Part shown: positions 57,238 through 64,000 of the stretch, in pieces
Numbering within the stretch: position 1 is the stretch's first letter
Layout of the letters: every line of letters starts with the position of its first letter
NCBI GenBank assembly: GCA_029005335.1
Contig: JAQXFT010000022.1
Span: 21,438-85,437, forward strand
Origin: Oscillospiraceae bacterium
GTDB lineage: Bacteria; Bacillota; Clostridia; Oscillospirales; Ruminococcaceae
Length of the DNA stretch: 64,000 nt
Direction of reading: 5' to 3'
Notes under the pieces: model-generated
Told to the model about the DNA's origin: nothing
Databases searched by the model: none
Seen by the model: only the letters and a program-made list of their open reading frames with translations
Translations under genes and position numbers: made by a program

Positions 57238-57268
57238 AATTTTTTCAAAATCCTTTCATCTTTGGTTT

Positions 57269-57940
57269 TTAATGCTTGTCCAGAAATTTTGTCTTTACAA
57301 AATATCCGGCAATACTGAAAAGTGCTATCAGTACAAAAAGAAATATTCCGGTTCTGAAGTTTCCCTCAAAGAAGCTGTCTCCCATTACAACAGAGCATAT
57401 CATAGCCGGAGTACGTGCAACAGCAGTTATCAGCATGAATTTTGCCGGACTTATATCTGTAAGAGCTGCTATATATGTCAGAAAATCCTTAGGCGTTCCG
57501 GGAATCATAAACAGTATGAAAATTATTACTGAAAGCTGTTTTTCATTTTTCAGAAAGCGGTGATTTTCAAAATCAGCTTTCGGAAAAATTTTTTTAACCA
57601 GAGGCTTTCCGAAGATTCTGACGAGATAAAATACAATCAATGTTCCGGTAAAAATTCCCACAAAGCAGAGAATACTTCCCCAGAGCTTTCCGAAAAGAAC
57701 TCCGCCTATGATATCAACAGGAGCTCCGGGTATGAATGCAAGAACTATCTGGAGAATTTCTATTCCTATGAATATGAGCGGAGCAAAAATTCCGAAGCTT
57801 CTTATTTTTTCGTCAAGAAGTATTCTTCCTTCCTCAGTATATATAAGCTTTATCAGCGGTATGATATAATACAGAAGTACAGTGCATACTGCAATAAGGA
57901 GAATTATTGCTATGGTTTTTGCAGTGCCTTTTTTCTTCAT
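57269..57940 (-). CDS. TVP38/TMEM64 (DedA/VTT) membrane protein
   Basis: LQIVLAFIPG, GGVLFG, MIPGTPKD, ARTPA. Confidence 0.88.
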   Translation of the reverse strand: MKKKGTAKTIAIILLIAVCTVLLYYIIPLIKLIYTEEGRILLDEKIRSFGIFAPLIFIGIEILQIVLAFIPGAPVDIIGGVLFGKLWGSILCFVGIFTGTLIVFYLVRIFGKPLVKKIFPKADFENHRFLKNEKQLSVIIFILFMIPGTPKDFLTYIAALTDISPAKFMLITAVARTPAMICSVVMGDSFFEGNFRTGIFLFVLIALFSIAGYFVKTKFLDKH

Positions 57941-58048
57941 ACTAATCCCTCATTCCTTTCATTTTATGCTTATTTATCTATTATGAACAGTAATTGCGAT
58001 AATTGTGTGTTGAAATTATTACCAAAGTATTACATTTGTAGAAAACAC

Positions 58049-58077
58049 TTGACAAGATTATTTTTTTTGTATATAAT
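58049..58077 (+). promoter_or_regulatory. Consensus sigma-A promoter of the cohesin-like lipoprotein
   Basis: TTGACA(58049-58054), 17 nt spacer, TATAAT(58072-58077). Confidence 0.85.
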
Positions 58078-58128
58078 AAATAACTGTAAATACTTATAAA
58101 TAAATTTATCGGAAAGGAACATAATGAA

Positions 58129-59145
58129 ATGAAAAATAAAAAATACAGATTGCTTTCTGCTATAGTTCTTTCAGGAATGATTCTTGCATCATTCGGAGGA
58201 TGCGGTGATAAGAATAATTCATCTGTTTCAGAATCATCTCTCAATTCAGAGGAAATTGCTGCTGTTCAGAAGCCCGGACTCTCCTTCCATTACGGCGAAC
58301 CGGCAACCTCCGGAAATCAGCTTGACGAGCCTGACCCGACTGCTGCCGTAACTACTTCAGCTTCTTCTGAAAGCTCCGGAAATGTTGCAACATCTGTTGC
58401 AGTTGTCACCGATTCAGAGGGTTCAGCTGTTACTGAGGTCGCTGATGTTACCGATGCCGCAGGTGCTGTTGTTACAACTCAGGTAGTTGTTACTGACAGC
58501 GAAGGTACTCCTGTTACAGAAGCCGGAGGTCAGACTGCTACTACTGTTGTAAATGTTACAGAAGTAGTTCAGAAAACTGAAATCTTTACTGAATCACAGT
58601 CAGAGGAAACCACTTCTGATTCCGAAACCCAGACAACGACAGCTTCTTCCGAAAGCTCTGAAAGTTCTGAAAGCTCTGAAGATACAAGCTATAAGGCAGA
58701 CATGAAATCATTCAATGCAATGTGGCTTGATGTCTCTGAAAGTAAGAATTATACCTTTAACGATACCTTCATTGAAGTAAAGGTTCAGATAAATGAAGAT
58801 ATTCCTGACGGAAAGTATCCTATAAACATCACATGGCCTGACTTTGCTGCCTATGACAAGGAGGTTATAGGAAAAACAATCGAAACTGACCACACTGTCA
58901 ATGGATACATATATGTAAATACACCTGTTGAGGCTCAGAATATTCCTTCTGACGGCTTCGTTGTATATGCAGAGAATGTTGAGGGAAAACAGGGTGAGGA
59001 GACTATTCTTAAATTCGGTCTTAAAAACAATCCGGGAATCTGTGCTGTAAACTTCAACTTTGAATATGACGAAAACGCCATAACAATCAAACAAGCCTAT
59101 GCAGTAGGAGATTTTGAGGAGATTTCCGCTGGAAATCTCAGCTGA
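58129..59145 (+). CDS. Surface lipoprotein with a Ser/Thr stalk and a circularly permuted cohesin-like domain
   Basis: Lipobox FGG-C; S/T/E-rich linker; C-terminal domain contains the cohesin second-half pattern before the first-half pattern (GICAVNFNFEYDENAI). Confidence 0.75.
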   Translation: MKNKKYRLLSAIVLSGMILASFGGCGDKNNSSVSESSLNSEEIAAVQKPGLSFHYGEPATSGNQLDEPDPTAAVTTSASSESSGNVATSVAVVTDSEGSAVTEVADVTDAAGAVVTTQVVVTDSEGTPVTEAGGQTATTVVNVTEVVQKTEIFTESQSEETTSDSETQTTTASSESSESSESSEDTSYKADMKSFNAMWLDVSESKNYTFNDTFIEVKVQINEDIPDGKYPINITWPDFAAYDKEVIGKTIETDHTVNGYIYVNTPVEAQNIPSDGFVVYAENVEGKQGEETILKFGLKNNPGICAVNFNFEYDENAITIKQAYAVGDFEEISAGNLS

Positions 59146-59154
59146 TTAAAATAT

Positions 59155-59175
59155 GCCGGTCATAATCTGACCGGC
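59155..59175. terminator. Bidirectional terminator
   Basis: GCCGGTCA-taatc-TGACCGGC plus a T run. Confidence 0.85.
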
Positions 59176-59184
59176 TTTTTTTTA

Positions 59185-60276
59185 TTATTCAAGAAAATCC
59201 TTTACCTTTTTGCTTCTGCTGGGGTGACGGAGCTTTCTGAGAGCCTTTGCCTCAATCTGGCGGATACGCTCCCGTGTGACTTCAAAACGCTGTCCGACTT
59301 CCTCAAGAGTACGTGACTTTCCGTCCTCAAGACCGAATCTGAGTTTAAGTACCTTTGCTTCACGTTCTGTAAGTGTGTTGAGAACCTCATTGAGCTGTTC
59401 CTTTAAAAGAGTGTGTGAAGCAGCTTCTGCAGGAGCAGGTGCATCGTCATCAGGTATAAAGTCTCCGAGATGGCTGTCTTCCTCCTCACCTATAGGAGTT
59501 TCAAGCGATACAGGGTCCTGTGCTATACGCATGATTTCACGAACCTTGTCAACAGGCATATCAAGTTCCTTTGCTATTTCCTCCGGAGAAGGGTCACGAC
59601 CGTTTTCGTGGAGAAGCTGACCTGAAATCTTTTTGACTTTTGTAATAGTTTCCACCATATGCACCGGTATTCTTATAGTCCTTGCCTGGTCTGCGATTGC
59701 CCTTGTGATAGCTTGTCTTATCCACCATGTAGCATAGGTTGAGAATTTGAAGCCCTTTGTGTAGTCAAATTTTTCTACAGCTTTAATAAGTCCGAGGTTG
59801 CCCTCCTGAATCAGGTCAAGGAACTGCATACCTCTGCCGACATATTTTTTAGCTATGCTGACTACAAGACGCAGATTTGCTTCAGAGAGCCTTTTTTTGG
59901 CATAGGGGTCACCGGTAGACATTTTTTTTGCAAGCTCTGTTTCTTCCTCGGTTGTAAGAAGCGGAACTTTTCCTATTTCCTTGAGATATATTTTTACGGG
60001 GTCGTCAATAGCGATACCCTCAGTGGAAAGAGAAATCTCGAGGTCATCATTTGTCGGAACATCGATGTTTGAAGACATTTCGGCATCAAGAGGATAGTCC
60101 TCAACTATTTTTATATTGAGGTTCTTGCAGTCGGTGTAGAAGGTATCTATCTTGTCTGCAATCTGTTCATCGTCGTCGAAATTTTCAAGAGCATCCATAA
60201 ATTCCTTAGTAGTGATAACGCCATTGGTTTTTCCCTGTTCCATGAGGGCTTCGATAGTATTTTTCTTTGTTTCCAT
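59185..60276 (-). CDS. rpoD: Primary sigma factor (sigma-A/RpoD)
   Basis: [58 protein letters not shown]. Confidence 0.97.
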   Translation of the reverse strand: METKKNTIEALMEQGKTNGVITTKEFMDALENFDDDEQIADKIDTFYTDCKNLNIKIVEDYPLDAEMSSNIDVPTNDDLEISLSTEGIAIDDPVKIYLKEIGKVPLLTTEEETELAKKMSTGDPYAKKRLSEANLRLVVSIAKKYVGRGMQFLDLIQEGNLGLIKAVEKFDYTKGFKFSTYATWWIRQAITRAIADQARTIRIPVHMVETITKVKKISGQLLHENGRDPSPEEIAKELDMPVDKVREIMRIAQDPVSLETPIGEEEDSHLGDFIPDDDAPAPAEAASHTLLKEQLNEVLNTLTEREAKVLKLRFGLEDGKSRTLEEVGQRFEVTRERIRQIEAKALRKLRHPSRSKKVKDFLE

Positions 60277-60294
60277 ATACCCATTCCTCCTGAT

Positions 60295-62034
60295 TTATTT
60301 TTTGCCTTTTCTTTGAAACTTTTCCTTAATTGCTTCATCGGAGTAGTCGTCATTCTGGTTATCGTAATTTTTCAGCTTTATGATGCAGTCTTCAAAGAAC
60401 TGGTCATCTATGCTTACTTCTCTGTTTTTTGTTTCTATTCCAGTTATTCTGCTCATTTCCGCAAGTGAAAATTCATCAGCGAGCATTGATATTGTGAAAT
60501 GCTCTGAACCGTTCATTGAGCGACAGAGAGCGGAATATACTTTTTTATTGAAATCCGTTACAAAAATTTCCGGCGGAGCTTTTCTGGAAATATTTTCCGA
60601 CCTTTCAGGATATCTCAGAAGACAGAGGATAATTCCCTCTTCAGCACCGACGGCTTTCTGATTTGACAAAGCTTCCGGATTAATGTTATCCTGTTTATAG
60701 GTTTGTTCAGCAACAATATTATTCCACTCATATTTCTTTTCAGCACTGGTATTTTTTCGGATTTCCCTTTCTATATGGCTCTGAAGGACATCTCTGGATA
60801 TACCGCTTTTTTCGGCGGTACGGGATATGTATATATCACGTTCGATAGTGTTCTGTATTCCGGCGAGAAATTTTACTGAACGTTTGGTAAATTCTATTTT
60901 TCCCTGTTCGGAGTTCATATCGAGACCGTCCGCACATTTTTCGAGCATAAACGAATTTGCGTCCTCTGAATTATCCAGAAGCTTTCTGAAGCTTTCAGAG
61001 CCGAATTTTTTAATATATTCATCGGGGTCCTTGGCATCGTTCATTCTTATGATTTTTGCGGATATTCCGGCTTCCGAGAGTATATTCACAGCTCTCTGCG
61101 AAGCCTTCTGACCGGCACTGTCGCTGTCGTAGCAAAGAAGAACCTCATCGCAGTATCTTTTAAGCTTTGAGGCGTGGTGTTCGGTAATTGATGTTCCGAG
61201 AGTTGCCACAGCGTTTTCAAAGCCAGCCTGATTCAGTGATATTACGTCCATATAACCTTCAGTGAGAATCAGTTTTTTTGACGGATAATTTCTTGCGAAG
61301 TTAAGTGAGAACAGATTGCTTCCCTTGTCGAATACAAGGGTTTTGTTTGTATTCAGATATTTTGGCTTTGAATCGTCCAGCACACGTCCGCCGAAGGCGA
61401 TTATATTTCCTCTCAGGTCGAGTATCGGAAACATTACACGGTTTCGGAATATATCATAGAGCTTTCCGTTTTTCGGGGATTTTGTACAGAGCCATGCATC
61501 TGTAAGGATTTCATCGCTGAAGCCTTTTGATTTCATATATCTGTAAAGGCTGTCCCACGAGTCGGGAGCATATCCGAGACCGTATTTTTTTATAGTCTGA
61601 GGAGAAAGGTTTCTGCCGGCAAAGTAGGAAAGACCTCTTTTATCGGAGCCTTTTATCATATTGAGATAGAAATAGTTTGCTGCCTCACGGTTAGCTTCAT
61701 ATATCCGGCGTTTTTTTTCGGCATTTTTGCCGGAGTGATTCTGTTCAGGAATTTCAAGTCCGGAACGTTCAGCGAGTAGCTTTATCGCCTCCTGAAAATC
61801 GAGATTTTCTATTCCCATGACAAAGCTTATTACATCTCCGCCCGCACCGCAACCGAAGCAGTAAAAGCTCTGGCTATCCGGAAAGATTGTGCAGGACGGT
61901 GTTTTTTCGGAGTGGAACGGACAGGCACACACATAATTATGTCCCTGTCTCAGAAGATTGACGTATGAACCGACAACCGATTCAATCGGATTGGCTGATT
62001 TGAGCCGGTATAAAAATTCATCATTTCTGAGCAT
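60295..62034 (-). CDS. dnaG: DNA primase
   Basis: CPFHSEKTPS, CFGCG, KYLNT, EGYMDVI, ATLGT, YDSDSAG. Confidence 0.96.
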   Translation of the reverse strand: MLRNDEFLYRLKSANPIESVVGSYVNLLRQGHNYVCACPFHSEKTPSCTIFPDSQSFYCFGCGAGGDVISFVMGIENLDFQEAIKLLAERSGLEIPEQNHSGKNAEKKRRIYEANREAANYFYLNMIKGSDKRGLSYFAGRNLSPQTIKKYGLGYAPDSWDSLYRYMKSKGFSDEILTDAWLCTKSPKNGKLYDIFRNRVMFPILDLRGNIIAFGGRVLDDSKPKYLNTNKTLVFDKGSNLFSLNFARNYPSKKLILTEGYMDVISLNQAGFENAVATLGTSITEHHASKLKRYCDEVLLCYDSDSAGQKASQRAVNILSEAGISAKIIRMNDAKDPDEYIKKFGSESFRKLLDNSEDANSFMLEKCADGLDMNSEQGKIEFTKRSVKFLAGIQNTIERDIYISRTAEKSGISRDVLQSHIEREIRKNTSAEKKYEWNNIVAEQTYKQDNINPEALSNQKAVGAEEGIILCLLRYPERSENISRKAPPEIFVTDFNKKVYSALCRSMNGSEHFTISMLADEFSLAEMSRITGIETKNREVSIDDQFFEDCIIKLKNYDNQNDDYSDEAIKEKFQRKGKK

Positions 62035-62062
62035 ATTATACCTCCGGATATTCTGGAGAAAT

Positions 62063-62698
62063 TTATTTTTTTACTGATGAAAAATCTTCAAAAAGCTCTT
62101 TCCCGAATCTGATAGAGATATTTCCTCCGGAAATATTTCTCAGTTCTTTGCACAGAGCTTCACGGTATTCATCGGTGACAAGGAGTTCGAGATTCACCTT
62201 GTCGCCGAAATCAGAAGATACAGTTATAACCTTGTATTCGGGAATGATATATGATATTTTTCCGTAGAGAGAATAGTCGGCGGAAATATTTATGTGAGTA
62301 CACCGGCACATATTCATAATTTCAGCGGAATCACAGGTAATTGAAGCACAGTGTGAATAAGCTCTTACGAGACCGCCTCCGCCCAGAAGAATACCTCCGA
62401 AGTAGCGTGTTACGACTATGCAGACATCAGTAAGATTTTTTTTTCTCAGAACGTCAAAGACGGGTATTCCGGCAGTTCCCTGAGGTTCGCCGTCGTCGGA
62501 ATATCTTGATATATTGTCATTTCTGAGAATATAGGCATATACATTATGAGTAGCCTTGCGGTGCTTTTCACGTATACTTTCGATAAATGCAACAGCCTCA
62601 TCATTTGTCTGCACAGGTGCGATACAGCCGATAAATTCGGAACGTTTTTCGGTGAATGAAGCCTCTGCTTTTTGTGAAATGGTATAATAGTTATTCAA
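62063..62698 (-). CDS. YigZ/IMPACT family protein
   Basis: EKRSEFIG, ATHNVYAY, SDDGEPQGTAG, TRYFGGILLG; TTG 62698 after AGGTG chosen (GTG 62707 also possible). Confidence 0.9.
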   Translation of the reverse strand: MNNYYTISQKAEASFTEKRSEFIGCIAPVQTNDEAVAFIESIREKHRKATHNVYAYILRNDNISRYSDDGEPQGTAGIPVFDVLRKKNLTDVCIVVTRYFGGILLGGGGLVRAYSHCASITCDSAEIMNMCRCTHINISADYSLYGKISYIIPEYKVITVSSDFGDKVNLELLVTDEYREALCKELRNISGGNISIRFGKELFEDFSSVKK

Positions 62699-62715
62699 TG
62701 GTATCACCTGCCTGA

Positions 62716-62743
62716 CGAAAAAAGGCGGTCTCAGACCGCCGTT
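62716..62743 (-). terminator. rpmE terminator
   Basis: Minus strand GGCGGTC-TGA-GACCGCC plus TTTTTT. Confidence 0.8.
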
Positions 62744-62754
62744 GTTCAGATGGA

Positions 62755-62958
62755 TTACTTGTCCATATTGAATCTCTTTTTGAATCTGTCAACACGACCG
62801 CCGGTATCGACGAGCTTCTGCTTGCCGGTATAGAACGGGTGGCACTTTGAGCAGACTTCAACCTTGATATTTTCTTTTGTGGACATAGTTTCCATAACGT
62901 TACCGCAGTGGCAGGTAATAGTAGTCTTCACAAAATCAGGATGAATACCTTCCTTCAT
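62755..62958 (-). CDS. rpmE: 50S ribosomal protein L31, zinc-binding type
   Basis: [27 protein letters not shown]; GAGGTG RBS. Confidence 0.95.
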   Translation of the reverse strand: MKEGIHPDFVKTTITCHCGNVMETMSTKENIKVEVCSKCHPFYTGKQKLVDTGGRVDRFKKRFNMDK

Positions 62959-63054
62959 GTGTTTCACCTCTTTCTGAAAAAAAGTTATGCAAAGCGAGAA
63001 GTAGCCCATCAAGCAGACATGACAGTAGTACCTTACGTTATACATTCATGCTAT

Positions 63055-63083
63055 ATTATATCATTATATTTTTATATTGTCAA
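63055..63083 (-). promoter_or_regulatory. Consensus sigma-A promoter of rpmE
   Basis: Minus strand TTGACA, 17 nt spacer, TATAAT with TG extension. Confidence 0.85.
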
Positions 63084-63133
63084 GGGGGTGCGGAAAAATT
63101 TTTTATTTTAATTATATTGAATATTTTACCTGT

Positions 63134-63162
63134 GATTACATCAGTATTTTCCGCCAATAATA
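63134..63162 (+). promoter_or_regulatory. sigma-F-type promoter of sigG
   Basis: GATTA, 14 nt spacer, GCCAATAATA; same -10 12-mer as the bofC-like gene. Confidence 0.5.
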
Positions 63163-63200
63163 GTAATGAAGCATGGAAATTTGTCGGGAGGAATAATTTT

Positions 63201-63974
63201 ATGTCATATAATAAAGTAGTGATTTCCGGAATAAATACTTCACAGCTTACTGTTCTGAAGGAGAGCGAAAAGATTGAGCTTCTCAGGGAGATTCAGAGAA
63301 CGGGGAGCAAGGAGGCAAGGGACAAGCTCATAAATGGAAATCTTCGGCTTGTGCTTAGTGTCATACAGAAATTCACAGGCAGGGGAGAAGATATTGACGA
63401 CTTGTTTCAGATAGGAGTTATAGGTCTTATAAAAGCTATAAATAATTTTGATTTGTCAAAGGAGGTAAGGTTTTCAACATATTGCGTTCCGATGATAAGC
63501 GGAGAACTCAGACGCTATTTAAGGGATTACAGTCAGGTAAAGGTAAGCCGTTCACTGCGTGATTTGGCATATCGTGCAATGCAGGCGAGGGAGAGGCTCA
63601 CGGCGGAGAATCAGAGAGAGCCTGCTATAGAGGAAATAGCTCAGGAGGTTGGTGCAAAGCGTGCTGACGTAGTAATTGCACTTGAGAGTATAAGCGACCC
63701 CATATCTCTTTATGAACCTGTATATTCAGATTCCGGAGATACATTATATGTAATGGATCAGATTGGGGATAAAAACGATATGGAAAGCTGTCTGAATGAG
63801 ATTTCAATCCGTGATGCTATAAAATCGCTTGGTGAACGTGAGAGAAATATTCTCTATCTGAGATTTATCAGGGGAAAAACCCAGACAGAGGTTGCAAAGG
63901 AGGTCGGAATTTCTCAGGCACAGGTATCGAGAATAGAGAAAAATGCCATAAATCACATTAAAGCCTCCGTGTAA
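63201..63974 (+). CDS. sigG: RNA polymerase sigma factor G
   Basis: MSYNKVVISGINTSQL (SigG-specific N-terminus), NLRLVLSVIQKF, TQTEVAKEVGISQAQVSRIEK; GGAGG before ATG 63201. Confidence 0.93.
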   Translation: MSYNKVVISGINTSQLTVLKESEKIELLREIQRTGSKEARDKLINGNLRLVLSVIQKFTGRGEDIDDLFQIGVIGLIKAINNFDLSKEVRFSTYCVPMISGELRRYLRDYSQVKVSRSLRDLAYRAMQARERLTAENQREPAIEEIAQEVGAKRADVVIALESISDPISLYEPVYSDSGDTLYVMDQIGDKNDMESCLNEISIRDAIKSLGERERNILYLRFIRGKTQTEVAKEVGISQAQVSRIEKNAINHIKASV

Positions 63975-63980
63975 AAGAAT

Positions 63981-64000
63981 GGGCGACCAATCCGGTCGCC
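63981..64000 (+). repeat. REP-like palindrome after sigG (cut by the window edge)
   Basis: GGGCGACC-AATCC-GGTCGCC. Confidence 0.7.

Overview
AT-rich chromosomal segment of a spore-forming, cellulosome-producing clostridial bacterium, most likely Ruminococcus-like/Oscillospiraceae (inferred from the GH48-dockerin enzyme, dockerin style and gene order). It is mostly core genome. It holds central carbon and PPi genes (two PFKs, prs, ppa, glgB, D-2-hydroxyacid dehydrogenase), two c-di-GMP enzymes, recD2-mreB, an OmpR-type two-component system, htrA and a GldA/F/G-like ABC operon divergent from cel48. It also holds the conserved yloC-remA-gmk-rpoZ-priA-def-fmt-rsmB-rlmN-stp-pknB-rsgA-thiN-spoVM cluster, PBP1A, spoIIAA-spoIIAB-sigF, dnaG-rpoD, rpmE and sigG. 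I saw no tRNA, rRNA, CRISPR array, transposase or integrase. The most unusual items are: (1) a lipoprotein whose C-terminal domain reads as a circularly permuted cohesin (58129-59145); (2) a probable small RNA at about 20750-20880 that shares its first 12 nt with the cel48 leader; (3) a disrupted dockerin gene behind an ECF-type promoter; (4) a PknB kinase with an extra Pro/Thr stalk and DxDGDG tail; (5) a REP-like GGGCGACC/GGTCGCCC palindrome family; (6) an unannotated 26-aa spoVM. All family assignments come from motif recognition by eye; no searches were run.
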